Shown: positions 1 to 13,831 of the stretch, piece after piece
How positions within the stretch are numbered: position 1 is the stretch's first letter
How the letters are laid out: each line of letters starts with the position of its first letter
Assembly: GCF_009914755.1 (NCBI RefSeq)
Contig: NC_060944.1
Length of the DNA: 64,000 nt
From: the human T2T-CHM13v2.0 reference genome, Homo sapiens
Strand: one strand, 5' to 3'
Notes under the pieces: generated by a model
What the model was told of the DNA's origin: nothing
What the model saw: only the letters and a program-made list of their open reading frames with translations
Database searches by the model: none
Made by a program: the position numbers and the translations under genes

Positions 1-1559
1 TTGCCAGGGCTCAAAATTCCTGCTGGTCCCATGTTAGCTACTTCATTAACACCTAACTCATTACTCTCAGGAGCGAACCTGCAGGTGGGCCATCCCTGCC
101 CGGGACTGGCTGACCGGGGGTGCCCCTTGTACCCCTCCACATCTCTTGCAAGTCTCTACCTCTTGGGGACTCTCCATTTCTCTGGCTGTCTTTATTCTCC
201 AAATCTATGCTGTTTGCATTGCTGCCCTCTCAGTCTTTTTCTCTAAGTAGCCTCCCTGCTTCCACACTTGTCCCTCCCACCCTAACGATTCACTCCAGCC
301 AGCAGCCAAAATGATCTTCTACAGACAGAAGTGAAATCACATCATTGCCCTGCTTACCGAGGGTCCCCACTGTGGTTTGAATAAGATACCAAGTCTGTCC
401 TGTCCCCGCTGTTCCCTGACCTCGTGTCTCCAACCTCATCCTTCTCCAACTCCACTGCAGCCACCCCAGCCTCCTGGCCCTGAATTTCTGGAGCACTCGC
501 TGCTATTCCTCTCTTCCAGGCCTTTGTACCTGCTGTGCCCTCCATTGGGACTGCTCTTCCCCTTTTTCTCTGTGAGGCTGGCGGCTTCCCATGATCATCA
601 GCTCCCATGTCACCTTCCTGGAGAGGGCTTCCCTGCCACCCCTCTCCCCCGTCCTCTTACACTTCCTCATGTTTTATTTCCTTCTGAGCACCTAGCAATA
701 TTGAAATTTTACATAATTTAGGAAAATCTGCTGAACTTGTTCACGTCTGTCTCCACCAATAGAAAGCAGCCTCCTAGGAGGCGGATCGGTGTCTCTCCCA
801 CTCTGCAGTGCCCCCAGTGGCTGGAACATAGAATGCACTCAGTAAATAGTGCTGTAATGAACGAACAAATCAATGAGTCTCTGTCTCGTCTCTTCTCTGT
901 TTGCTCTGTGTCTCCCTTTCTGCCTCGCTCTCACTCTCGCTCTCTCTCCCCATGTGTCCTGCAGGGGTCTTGTGCCTGGAGGGCCTGCATCGCGATTGGT
1001 TAAGCAGGTCGCCCGTCTTGGCTTTGACAGCTTTGGAAGGGTTATTTGCAAAGCCAGTGGAGAGGGAAAAGGCCGCAGGAGTCAGGAGCGGGAAGGGAGG
1101 AGCTGGTTCAGCAGGGACCTTCCGGGGGAGGGAACATATTGCCAATGGCTGGGCCCTGCTGAAAGCTGGTGGGGTCCTCCCACTGCTACAGTCCTCCGCT
1201 TCTGTCTCCTTCCCAGCTGGCTGAGCACTGAGGCCCACCCCTGAGTCCTAGGGTGTGTCTGCTGCTTCTCTCCCCCGAAGATTCTGGGCACGAAGTGGGG
1301 TCCAGAGGGAAGGGGAAGTTCCTTGCCTCTGGAGCAAATTTTGGAAAGTAGTCACTAAGGCAGTGTTTCCTGAGATTGTCTAAGTGCAGGAATCATCCCA
1401 GAGTCTCTGCTAAATGTATGTTCCTGGTCCCACTCAGAAAGATCTATTCAGAGACTGGGGAGTGGGGTCAGCGTGCAGGAGTCCTGCATAGAGGCCTTGC
1501 CCGCCCCCTTGCGGCCCACCCACATCCCGGGGCCTCTGCTGGGAAATGCCCAGACTCAC

Positions 1560-1697
1560 CATGTCTTTGACCAGCAAGTGTCCAGAGGCGAAGGCGATGG
1601 AGTTGGGGGGCGTTGAGACCGGGAGCATGAAGGCAAAGGAGCAGCCGACTGTGCCCGGAATCATCAGATACAGGGGGTGCACTCTCAGGCGGATGGC
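1560..1697 (-). CDS. SLC13A3: SLC13A3 exon 12 (138 bp; AIRLRVHPLYLMIP...SFAFMLPVSTPPNSIAF...VKDM)
   Basis: Sodium:sulfate symporter family signature SFAFMLPVSTPPN; cccAG|GCC acceptor, ATG|GTGAGT donor. Confidence 0.97.
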
Positions 1698-1716
1698 CTG
1701 GGCCAGGAAAAGGTGG

Positions 1717-1985
1717 GAGAGACCCGGAGAGAGACCAACGCAGAGCGACCACAGCAAGAGGGAGAGAGAGAGAGAGAGGCAGTTGGAAAGAGGGACACAA
1801 AGACGTAGAGACAGAGAGACAAAGACATCCATAGAGATTGGCAGAGTGGCAGAGAACAACAGGGACAAGTGAGAAGAGAGAGTTAGAGAGACAGAGAGAG
1901 AAAGGCAGTCAGAAAGACACATGCACAGGCAGAAACAGAGACAAGCAGGTAAGAAGAGAACCAGATCGAGAGAGAGGTGGAGAGA
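1717..1985. repeat. GA/GACA-rich low-complexity tract upstream of the exon 12 acceptor
   Basis: Runs of gagagaga/gacagaga visible directly. Confidence 0.8.
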
Positions 1986-2059
1986 ACATTCCCAGGGTTA
2001 GTGACATTCAAGGGCCACACTGTGGTTTGATCAGGGATGGGCTGGGGTGGTGTACCTAG

Positions 2060-2245
2060 AACACTCCTTCTCCAATGTGAGAGTGCAGAAAAGCACTTGG
2101 AGGGCTGGTTAAAGCCCACATGGCTGGCCCCACCTCACCCAGAATTGCTGATTCAGCAAGTCTGGGGTGGGATCCAAGAATCTGCATTCCTGACGTGTTC
2201 CCCCGGTGCTGCTGGTCTAAGGACTGTACACTGAGAACCAGGGCT
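2060..2245. mobile_element. MER5A-like hAT MITE fragment
   Basis: gattcagcaagtctggggtggg...gaatctgcatt...actgagaacca resembles MER5A. Confidence 0.65.
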
Positions 2246-2779
2246 TTAAAATACTTCCTCTGCCTGCTCCTTCCCTCAGCCAAACAATCTCAACCCAGAG
2301 TTGGCCTCTGGATACCTCTTGTTGGGGGCATCCCTGGATTTCAGTGAGAAAGAGAGCTCATGAGAGCATCTGTTGGCAGCTCTTCCAAATTTCTAAGACT
2401 GTGTGTATCAAACCCCCCTATGAGCTGGCCTCAGCTAGTGGGCCACCAGTTTGTCACCTCTCCTGCCTACAATTCATACTGATCACTTTTATGGCGTTTT
2501 ACTTAAATAGGATATTTTTGGGCCTTCTAGGGAATTTTTGCAACCCAAAGCATATTTATTTTCTCAAAAAGCTCTAAAATCACCCCCTTGCATGTAAAAT
2601 GTTTTTTGATTTTGATGATAAGCAAAGTTTACAAGAATGTGTCATTTACAAGTGTCTTTTCCAGCAAAAGCTGCCCCTTACAGACCTGGCTGGGTTCTAT
2701 GCTCCGTCTCCGTCCCCATACCCCCTATAATACTCTCATTTCTCTCAGTGACCAGGTCCCTCTGAGGACTCCCACCCCA

Positions 2780-3170
2780 TACTGCTATAAAATGGTGAGC
2801 CACTTTGGAGGGCAATTTCCTCATCTCTAACGACATTTTAAACGTACATGCTCTTTGACCCAGGAATCTCAGTCACAGGAATTTCTCTAGATGTAATCAA
2901 TGAATGCATAGACAAGGCTCAGGTGACACGTCATTGTTGAGTAACAGCAAAGTCTGGAAATACCTATATTTCCATTGGGCAGAGAGATTGCTTAAATAAA
3001 CCAACAACTGTCCATTTATAATGGAATATTCTCCCGTCATTGAAAAATAACACAGTGTATATCTGTGTGCTAACACAGATAAATTGATGCATAAAATAAG
3101 CAGACAGAAACCAAAGACAAGGTGCTGCAGGTATGTGTGCTGGGGCATCACTGTTTGCATACAAAGCATT
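2780..3170 (+). mobile_element. Old L1 (L1M-type) 3' fragment
   Basis: ctttgacccaggaatctc...aactgtccatttataatggaatatt pattern typical of L1M 3' ends. Confidence 0.55.
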
Positions 3171-3562
3171 TACTTGCATCATTGATTTAATTTTATCAGC
3201 GTGGGTTACATTAAGGTAATTACATGGTCTGGTCTTTAATCTGTTTAAATATAAAACTATATTGATAGTTTCCTTTTTAAAACTCCTAGTATAAAAGCTA
3301 CCTGATCATGTGTATATTGTTCTTTTCATTCTGTCATGGTTTCATTTTGCTATTTGCATTTCTTTTTACAGGAGATTGAATTATAGCTTTCTCTTCCCTT
3401 GCTCTCCTTACCTGGTTTTGGGGCCAGGGTTTTGCTAGCTATAAATTGAGTGGCCATGTCTATTTTTCTATGCTGGTGAACAGTTTGGGTGAGTTGGGAA
3501 CTCTCTGTTCCTTGCAAATCTGCTAGCTCTCACCCAGCAAACCACCTGGGGCTGGTGATTTT

Positions 3563-3769
3563 GTTTTTGTTTTTGTTTTGAGACAGGATCTGGATCTGGG
3601 TCTGTTGCCCAGGCACCTGCCACTAAGCCTGGCTACTTTTTGTATTTTTTGCAGAGATGGGGTCTCACCATGTTGCCCAGGCTAGTCTGAAACTCCTGAG
3701 CTCAAGCAATCTGCCTGCTTCAGCCTCCAAAAGTGCTGGGATTACAGGCATGAGTGGCAGAGCCCGGCC
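3563..3769 (-). mobile_element. Alu (J/S) with internal right-arm deletion, 16-bp TSD
   Basis: Alu motifs; TSD tggggctggtgatttt at 3547-3562 and 3770-3785. Confidence 0.9.
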
Positions 3770-3804
3770 TGGGGCTGGTGATTTTTAGCCCAGGAGTCAT
3801 CAGC

Positions 3805-4005
3805 TGGGTAGGGGGAAGGATTTGTTCCCCTGACGGGGATATTTGGGAATGCTAGGAGACATTTGGATTGTCATGATTTAGGGAGGCGCCACTTGTCTCT
3901 AGTGAGCAGAGCCCAGGGATGCCACTACACACCCTGTAGTGCACGGATCAGCCCCATACAGAGAATGATCCAGCCCCAACTATCAACAGTGTTGAAACCC
4001 CTGCT
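3805..4005. mobile_element. MER20 hAT MITE
   Basis: ggagacattt..ttgtcatga...gcccagggatgc...gagaatgatccagcccc...gaaacccctg. Confidence 0.75.
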
Positions 4006-4374
4006 TTAGAGGGAGGCTACTGCTTTGCTTCCATTAGAATTTCTCCTATGGCCATTTGTTTACTCAGATTTTCTACTTCTTCTTCATCCAAAATTGGTAA
4101 TTTACCTGTTCTAGAAAACTCTCCATGTCACCATGGGTTAATTTTCCCAGAAGAGAGAATTGGGAGCACTTTGAAAATATTTACTCTATGTATACATTTT
4201 TTGAAGGAAAACATCCAGTATTTAAAAAAATTGTACTGTGGTTCTGATACGTTCATGTATTTTGGAAGACAGCAATGGCAACTGTGGCCCCCAGTGAAGG
4301 TCCCTTGGCGGGGGAAGATTTCTGAATGTGTGTTGGGGGAGGGGTGCTCCCCTCTTCCCCAGAAGGACCCTCAC

Positions 4375-4536
4375 CAGCTCTGCCAGGACCGGCAGGAAGA
4401 TGATGATGGTCGCCGTGTTGCTGGCAAACTCAGTGAAGAAGGCGATGACCACAGTGATGAGCAGCACAGCCAGGGCGGGGGGCACATTCTCCAGGGGGTG
4501 CAGCTGCCCACCAATCCATACAGACAGCCCCGATTC
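4375..4536 (-). CDS. SLC13A3: SLC13A3 exon 11 (162 bp; ESGLSVWIG...FTEFASNTATIIIFLPVLAEL), second SNT motif
   Basis: TEFASNTAT motif; ccgcAG|GAA acceptor, CTG|GTGAGG donor. Confidence 0.97.
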
Positions 4537-5085
4537 CTGCGGAGGGAAAGGCATTCCTTCATACCCCAGCCCATCCCCAGCTGCCGCCCCCCAGAGAGGG
4601 TTAGGATAGATCACAACAATGACGACCATACCCCTTCCCAGATGGGGAGACTGAGGTGCAGAGAGGGGAGGTGACGTGTCCAATGTCACACATTCGAGCC
4701 AAGGTCACACATCTGAGCCAGCAGCCTCTCTACTTCTCGAACTGCTCTCCACTCTATCTCATACAGGCCAGGGACCCAAACCCCTGGGTCTCCAATAATC
4801 CATTTGGTTCTAGCACCCCTAAGCACCGATTTAAGTGGGAAAGGGAAATCAAACCAGACCCTCAGTAGTAAAACTTCTCATCCCTCCAGTGAAGGTTATT
4901 AATTACCCAAATCATAATAGTTACTTATATAAAATATTCATTATTTTTATAATTATTATTTAATAATATATTAATATGTATGAAATATATATACAAGACT
5001 TACTATATATCATATATAAAACACGTATCAGATATACATCAACTACAACACAATCAATGTAATTATCAATAATAATGGTATTTAT

Positions 5086-5337
5086 ACGCCTGTAATCCCA
5101 GCACTTTGGGAGGCTGAGGTAGGCGGATCACTTGAGGTCAGGAGTTCGAGACCAGGCCAGCCAACCTGGCGAAACCCTGCCTCTACTAAAAATGCAAAAA
5201 TCACATGTGTGCCTGTAATCCTAGCTACTCGGGAGACTAAGGCATGAGAATCGCTTGAACCTGGGAGGGAGAGGTTTCAATGAGCCAACCTCACGCCACT
5301 GCACTCCAGCCTGGGCGACAGAAACTCTGTCTCAAAA
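5086..5337 (+). mobile_element. AluS, slightly truncated
   Basis: cgcctgtaatcccagcactttgggagg...cactccagcctgggcgacag. Confidence 0.92.
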
Positions 5338-6258
5338 GCTACATATATATATGTATTTGTATATATACACACATACAGTAATAAGGATAATTACTACAAT
5401 GATAATACTACAAATATTAACGTTGCATTATTATTCATTGTCGTAAGAATCACCATTATTGAGGCTTTACAGGGGACCAGGCACCTGCAGGCATTAGCTC
5501 CTTGACTCCTCCCAACCATCCCAAAAGGTAAATATTGGTTCCTGTTTTACTGAGGAGGAACTTCAGCCTGAAAAAGTTTTTGTGACTTGCCCAGGATCCC
5601 TAAAAGTAGTGCCTGAGACACCCATCTACCTCCATAAGATGTGTGATTCTGCAAAGCTCCCCGCAAATCAGCATCTTCCTCTGGACCCACCAGTCTGTCA
5701 CCTTGTCTGTAAATTAAGAGCAATGCCCAGTGCTGACTCCAGTCCTCCAGGGCAGAGACGGGTAGAGAAGTTCACCGAGACTCCACTCGCCTGTCAGTGC
5801 TGCAGAATTATTTGGGTGCTCTCTCTGCTGACTTCTCCAGAAGCTACCCTATTTACCAGTGTATAACATCTAGAATACTCTTCCGCACCTCTGTCCTCTC
5901 ACCATCAAATGCATCCTTAAATAACTGACCCAACACATCATTATAACCACAAAACGGCAAAGCTGAGGATGTCAAAATATGCTCAATGCTGTCCCCTGGT
6001 GCAACTGTGATGCAGCAAGATCACAATAAAGCCACCGTTTGCTTAGACCTAGAACAAAGCTGTAGGTTTTGGAGCTGATCTAGGGCAGAGCTGGGTTAGT
6101 CCATTAACATTCAGAATCCAATGTATTGCTACCATAGCCCTTTTATCAATCCAGTATACCAAAGACACTTTATATATATATTTTTACTTTTAATAGAAAA
6201 GTCCCTGCTTACTCAGAACTTAAAAATTTCATAATCGATTCTAGAAGACAGCATACAG

Positions 6259-6572
<314 letters not shown>

Positions 6573-7126
6573 ATAGAATAGAGCATACAGTTTTTACATA
6601 AATAAAATAGTACACTTGCCCCTACAATTTGACTTAAAAGTTACCTTCAATGTAAGAATAATAAATGCTTAAAAATATTTGTCCCCAGAAGAGTCCTCAT
6701 GAAACTAAGGTGTTTCTGGTACACCTGCAGTTTGTCTGCTAGCCTGGGGAATACGGTAAGTGGCAGCGTGGAGGCCACAGCCCCTAACCTGGCTGCAAGG
6801 AGTGCTGCAGGGAGAAAATGGGACCTCTGGTTTTTCCCATAGGCCACAGCTCTGGCAAAGAGTCTGACCTGACAGCTCTGTGCGCAATTAAAGGGAGAGG
6901 GGCTAGAGAGAGGGAATATTAATGACTCGGGCAAGTGAGAAGCCAGGAGCTGCCCCGTAGCTGGGCCTCTGAGTGACCGGGCTTCCAGCCAGCATCCTCG
7001 CAGCCACACAGGCCTTGGCACAGCTCCAGCGCTGGAGGGAGGTCTGGCAGCTTCCTAAGAGAGGAAAACGCCTGTTGCGTAGGGTTCTACTGGGGACTCT
7101 AAAGGGACTTCACCTGCCCTTTCCCA

Positions 7127-7436
7127 TTTTATTTTATTTATTTTTTTGAGACAGAGCCTCACATTGTCACCCAGGCTGGAGTGCAGTGACACAATTATAG
7201 CTCACTGCAGCCTCTATCTCCTGGGTTCAAGCAAGCCTCCCACCTCAGTGTCCTGAGTAGCTAAGGCTACAGGCACACAACACCATGTTTGGCTAAATTT
7301 TTTTAAGTGTTTTTTTTTGTAGAGACAGGGTCTTACTATGTTGCCCAGGCTGGTTTGAACCTCTGGGCTTAAGCGATCCTCCTGCCTAGGCCTCCCAAAG
7401 TGCTGGGATTACAGACATGAGCCACCATGCCCCAGA
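7127..7436 (-). mobile_element. AluJ
   Basis: Reverse-complement Alu dimer with T-rich tail. Confidence 0.92.
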
Positions 7437-8498
7437 CTCTTTCCCATATTCTTAGGAATTGGAAGCTTTGTTTCCTTGGAAACACACAGCCCCACAGTAT
7501 TCCCAGGGACTCCAGGGACCAGCAACAGCCAAGGTCAGAGGTGGCATGGCCAGAAGGTGAAGAGAAGGGGCTCTGGAGTCAGACTGAGTTTGCTTCCCAG
7601 CTTAATCTTTTCTAGCTGTCACTTAACTTCCTAGGCAAGTCACTTAACCTCTCTGTGCTAAAATTTCCTTATCTGTAAACGAGGGATAATGATAGTGCCT
7701 GTCCCAGAAGGTTATTGTTGGGAGAAAAGGAGTGAATCTATAAAGGGCCTAGGAAAGTGGCTGGGCGCTTGGTTAGCGCCTGCCATAACCAGTAGCATGA
7801 AGTCACAAGATGCCTGAAGTGATGGAACTCAGAAATCACCCAGCACAGTGGTTGTCAAATTATGTTCCTTAGTGGCCTTGAAGATGACCAGAAGTACCCA
7901 AGGCCACCTTGCAAAAATGGGAGGTGGGGAGATGGAGTTGGTACAGTGATGTTTCCCTCTTCCTCCTGTTTTCTTACTTCAACCAGGTCCTCTCTTCTTG
8001 GTGTCTTTGATATACAGTAGAGGAGCATCTTATAAGGGGGTTTGTTATGGCATAAGTTCAATATTTGAAGTCAAAAACTCCTGTGGCCAAAATACCCTTG
8101 AAAATCTTTTAAAAGGCTTTGTAAAACACAACGGGCTCGGCTGTGTGCATACAACTTTGTATAATAATTCCTAGGTAAAGAGACCAGCGAATTTGATTAA
8201 AGGAAGGAAAAAAGACAAGGCTTTATGTACATGTATAAACATTCAAACCACTGCACCATTTACAAGCTGTGTGACTTTGGGCAAATTAATTAACATCTCT
8301 GTTCCTTGATTTCTTTAAGCGATTGCAGTAAGGATTAAATAAGTGCACACGAAACACTCTCTGTACTTAGTAAGCACTGAATATGATCTATCATTTAATT
8401 TAACAAAGCAACATAGTGCTTACTCTGTGCTGGGCACTCTTCTAAGTAATTTGTAAATATTACTTAATCTTCATAGCAACCTCATGGAATACAGACTA

Positions 8499-8884
8499 CA
8501 GATGCTCCTTGACTTACAGTGGAGTTATGTCTCAATAAGCCCATCACGAATTGAGAATATTGAAGTAGAAAATGCATGTAATACACCTAACCTACCTGTT
8601 CACATCATAACTTAGCCCAGCCTACCTTAAATGCGCTCAGGACACTGACATTAGCCTACATTTGGGCAAAATCATCTGGCAATGCTATACACTGTAGAAT
8701 ATCTGTTGTTTACCCTTATAATTGCTCAGCATCTACAAGAGAGTGTCCCACCACATATCACAGCCTGGGAAAAGATCAAAATTCAAGATTCTAAGTACCC
8801 TTTCTATTGAATGCATATCACTCTTTCACCATTGCAAAGTTGAAAAATCGTATGTCGAATCGTTGTGAAGTCAGGAACCATCTG
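8499..8884. mobile_element. MER47A-like (Tigger-derived) MITE with TA TSD, inserted in a MIR
   Basis: TIRs cagatgctccttgactt / aagtcaggaaccatctg, flanked by TA at 8497-8498 and 8885-8886. Confidence 0.8.
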
Positions 8885-9042
8885 TACAATTATCTCCATT
8901 TTATGGTTGAAGAAACTGAAGCATAAAAAAGCTCAGTGATTTGCCCAAATAAATAATATGACGTGCCCTAGTAAGATTCAGAATCTGGATCTTAGTCATG
9001 TCATTAGGCTTGTCTGTCCGATAAAATGAGGGTAATAATAAT

Positions 9043-9415
9043 TGTATTAGTCCATTCTCGCTCTGCTAATAAAAACATACCCGGGTGTGGGTAATTTATA
9101 AAGGAAAGAGGCTTAATTGACTCACAATTCAGCATGGCTGGGGAGGCCTTAGGAAACTTACAATCATGGTGGAAGTGGAAGCAAACACGTCCTTCTTCAC
9201 ATGGTGGCAGCAAGAAGTGCCGAGCAGAAGGGGGAAAAGCCCCTTACAAAAAATCATCAGATCTCTTGAGAACTCACTCATTGTCACAAGAACAGCATAA
9301 GGGTAACCGCCCCCACGATTAAATTACTTCCCACCAGGTCCCATGACATGTGGGGATAATGGGAACTACACAATTCAGGATGAGATTTGGGTGGGGACAC
9401 AGCCAAACTATGTCA
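9043..9415 (-). mobile_element. THE1-type MaLR solo LTR
   Basis: TG...CA ends, exact 5-bp TSD ATAAT (9038-9042, 9416-9420); gagatttgggtggggacacagccaaac terminus. Confidence 0.9.
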
Positions 9416-9729
9416 ATAATAAAGATGACAGACTTCTGGCAGAAAATGAGGAATGGGGAGAATACACATTTTCTCCTTACCTCTATCACCGCAACATATT
9501 TGTAAGTAAGTTTGTTGTGGCAACAGAATAAGATCAACCTTTCCTCAATGAATTAATGCAATAATAACAGTAATAATAATAGTGAAGATGAGTGTGGCTC
9601 CTGGTTTGAGCACCCAGGGTATATCACCACTCTTCTGGGTACTTTCCATACATTATGTTAGCAATTCTCAAAGCAGCCCATCTTGTAGGTCATAGCAACA
9701 ATGATGTGTTAAGCACCATTACGCACCCG

Positions 9730-10220
9730 GTGTCTTCTAGGTGCCTAGAACAGTGGTGGGTAAGACAGACATGGTCTCTGCCTGCCCTCATGGAGCTTCC
9801 ATTCTAGTAAGAGACACAATCAATAAACATGCCCACAGGATCATTTGGGGGGTAGATGTGGTATATAGGAATAGGCAGGGTCATGAGAGGAAGAGGGACT
9901 GGGGTGGGAGGCTATTCTAGATGTGGGGGCTTGGGAGGGCATTTCTGAGGGACTGAGACCTGAAGAGTGAGGACTCAGAGCTCTCAGGATGAAAATTCAA
10001 CAGAGAAAGGGAAGATGCAAAGGCTGTGGGGTGCATGTGAGTCTGATGTGGCTGAGGAAGGGGCCAAGGAGACTGGAGGGGTGTTAGGAGGGAAGAGAGG
10101 TAGGTGCCAATGTTGAGACCTACATTGTCCCATACAGCTTTCTGTGTTGGCCAAGGGAAACCTTGGACTTGACTTTAAGTCTATGCAGAGTCATGACTAT
10201 ACGGTTTTGTGGCAGGAGAA
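9730..10220. mobile_element. L2 3' fragment
   Basis: ccctcatggagctt..ctgagacctgaag..cttggacttgact pattern. Confidence 0.6.
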
Positions 10221-11334
10221 AACTGTAGTGAGGACCCTAAGTGGGCTTAAGTGAGTTGCTGAGGCTCAGAGTAAGCACTACTTCCTGCCCTTCAGAATGA
10301 GCGCTGGGAGCCCACACACCCAGGCTCACCCTGGATTGCATCCAGGGACCTCCGATCCTCAGGAGGCTGCCAGGCTGTGTTCTGATGAGAGTGTGGGGCA
10401 GGGGCCAGGAACCAGGATGTGCCATAAGCATTCTGGTCGCTCCTGGGCCAGGCTGCGGCTGCCTGGGGAGAGGATGGTACGGCAGAGGCTGGGGAAAGGA
10501 ACAGCTACTACACAAAGCCCCTGTTGAAGAGAAACTCCGGCCAGCTGCCCAGGGCTGGGCTCAGAGCCAGGGTGGCCTCTCAGCATGCCCAGCGTCCCGC
10601 AGCCCAGCCTCCACTGAGAGCCAGTGCTCCCCACACCACTTCTGGAGCTTAGGGAAACCTCTGGATCAGGGTCATCTCATCCAGCCTCCTTCCTCTAGGC
10701 CAGGCTGGGCTCAGATCACTGAGGTAAATGGCACCATTTCCACCAAGTTGCTCAAGCCACGAACCTCCACATGATTCTTGATTTTGATTTTCCTTTTCCT
10801 CAGTATCTAACCATAATAACCAACTGTGCTGGGCTGTGTTCTCATTTCTCTGCATATATTGACTCACTTAATGATCATGGCAACTTTACCAGGTGGGTGC
10901 CGTTGTGATTCCAATTTTACAGATGAGGAAACTGAGGCCCAGAGAGGTTTAGTAACTTGACAAAGATCATACACCTAAGAAGTGGGAAATCTGTGATTCC
11001 AATCCAGATGGTCTGGTTCCATCGTACTGCAAGCTTCTTCAAGATCTGGATAACATGCCACTTCCTTCAGGAAGCCTTCCCTAAGACACCCCCAGCAGGA
11101 GGCAATAGCATAAGTCAGATAGACATGAGTTCAAATCTTACCTCTGCTACTAATGAGCTGTGTTACCCAGAACCAGTTACTTAACCTCTCTGTGTCTCAC
11201 GATTCCTAAAATGGAGACAAATAACAGTACTTTTGCTCATCTATTCCTTTGTTCCCTTTGAAGTCTGTATCGTTATTTATGTGTTTTTTAATTAATAAAG
11301 TAAAACATATTTTATTTAAAAATGAGCAGCTATG

Positions 11335-11720
11335 TAGAGAGCCTGAATGTGCCACCCAGATCCCCATCAGTGGAGATCTTGTTGCCCCAGCTAAGGGAGT
11401 GCAGTCGGCTGTCTCAGACCCCAAAAGCGGCCTCACTTGAGGTCATACCTGCACCTGGGGCAGCTTGTGTCCCCAGACAGATGGATGCTGGGATACAAGG
11501 GCCTGGCTATCTCTGATTACTCGGACTGCCTCTAAAGGTCATCTCAGCTCCAGTGCTCCTGTGGGGCTGGGACTGCCTCCAGCTGCATTTCTCCCTCTGC
11601 ACTCTCCTGCTTCCTTCCTCTCCCTTCCACAGTGACCCCAAGGGCACAACCTAATGAAGCCCGTGCTTCCGAATCTCCATCCCAGAGTCTGCTTCCTGAA
11701 AGCCCAACCTGTAGAAACCA
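11335..11720 (+). mobile_element. LTR16-like ERVL LTR
   Basis: 3' end ctccatcccagagtctgcttcctg..cccaacctg resembles LTR16 family. Confidence 0.55.
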
Positions 11721-12974
11721 TGACATGAGGATTTATGAGCTGGTGTACATGCAGTTTTTAGCACTTCTTATCGGCTATATGTATTGGGCAGTTATTCTTT
11801 AATTTTTTCCAACAACCCTGTAGAGTAAGAACTTTGAGCCTCAATCTATGGATGAGAAAAATAGGAACCCAGAGAGGTTAAGAAACCTGCCTGACGTGTC
11901 CCAGCAAGGAGTGGTAGAGCCTAGATTGACCAGGTACTGAGATTCCCAAGCCTGGGCTTCTGCCCAGTGTACACAGTTAACAGGCGTCCAACATTGTAAC
12001 TTCATTTGAAACTGAAAATTAAAATTGAATTAACAACAGAAGCAGTAAAAGAAGTAATTTCAGCTTCCCTTAACCTTAATTTCAGATTGACTCTTAATTG
12101 GCTGTGGTTTTTAACGCCTCGGTTTACAAGGCGTTCAGGGGTGAGACGGAGCTCAGCCACCTGACCTTTGGCTTCAGATCCTGGCTCTACCATCTCCTGG
12201 CTGTGCAAACGTAGGCGAGCTATTTAGCCTCCTTTTGCCTCCGATTCCTCATCTTTAAAATGGAGACAGTGATAGTAGCTGATTCAGTGGTGTTTATAAA
12301 GATCGACTGAGTCATATTCGATTCACGAAGCACTTCAAACAATGGCTGGCATGTGCAAAATTCTAGAGTGAACAATTTGGAGCCCGGACTCTGAAATCAG
12401 GGAGAGTTTGAACCCCAGCTCCCAAGCGGAATGCAATTGTAAGAATTTAAGAGAGTTGCTTAATTTTTCATGTCTCAGTTTTCCTATCTGTAAAAGAGGC
12501 ATAAAAACATTACCCAACTCTTAGGGCTGGTGTGGCGATTCAGTGAGATAATCTGTGGTGACAGATGCTGGATGCTGACGTTGCACTGCCTCTGAGCTGG
12601 GCTGGCTGACCCGCACTTGCACGCCCCGGAGAGTGAGCACTCCCTGCAATTCTGCACTCCGTGTGCCTCATTTGCCCCACCCTGGTCCCAGCCCTGACTT
12701 CTGAGCTCACAAAGCCCTCTGGAATAACATTAATAATAACATCCATGAACTAATTAATATTACTATCTAGGACTTATATGAGAGTGGTTAAGAGCATAGA
12801 CTCTAGAGCCGAACTGCCTGGATTCTAATCCTGACTCCATAGCTGTGTGACATTAGGTAAGGTACTGTATCTCTCTGTGTCTCAAGTTCTTTATCTAGAG
12901 AATGGGCATAAGAATGGTATCTACCTTCTAGCTTTGTTGGGAGGTTTAGATGAGTTAACGTGTAAAGCATGTTT

Positions 12975-13481
<507 letters not shown>

Positions 13482-13718
13482 TTAATATTTTGCCCATCAT
13501 GAGCTCCTTAAGGATCCAGGCCATAACTCATTCCTCTCTTTCTCTGTAGCACCAGGAATGAACTATGATCATCTCAGTTTGGCAAGTGAGGAAACTGGCT
13601 GTGCCCCCAGGGCCCGTGCAGCTCACCTGCTCTGATCCTGGTGCTGCAGCCAGCACTGGGACCCGCCCACACCTGCCTCCCACTGTTCCTGCTGGTTGGG
13701 GGAGCCAGGGGGTCTTAC

Positions 13719-13831
13719 CTCACAGCCTTTGGCCATGGCGAAGCCCCCTCCCAGGAGAAGGATGATGTTCCAGGGCACTGTCTCCTGGGCCTTCTTCCAG
13801 GTCAGCAAGGGCTCTGTCTCTGTGTTGGGAG
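13719..13831 (-). CDS. SLC13A3: SLC13A3 exon 10 (113 bp; APNTETEPLLTWKKAQETVPWNIILLLGGGFAMAKGCE)
   Basis: PWNIILLLGGGFA motif; gcccAG|CT acceptor, GAG|GTAAGA donor. Confidence 0.97.

Noticed and set aside
4048-4674. 208-aa plus-strand ORF
   Set aside because: Antisense shadow of exon 11 plus L1/MIR sequence; no recognisable domain
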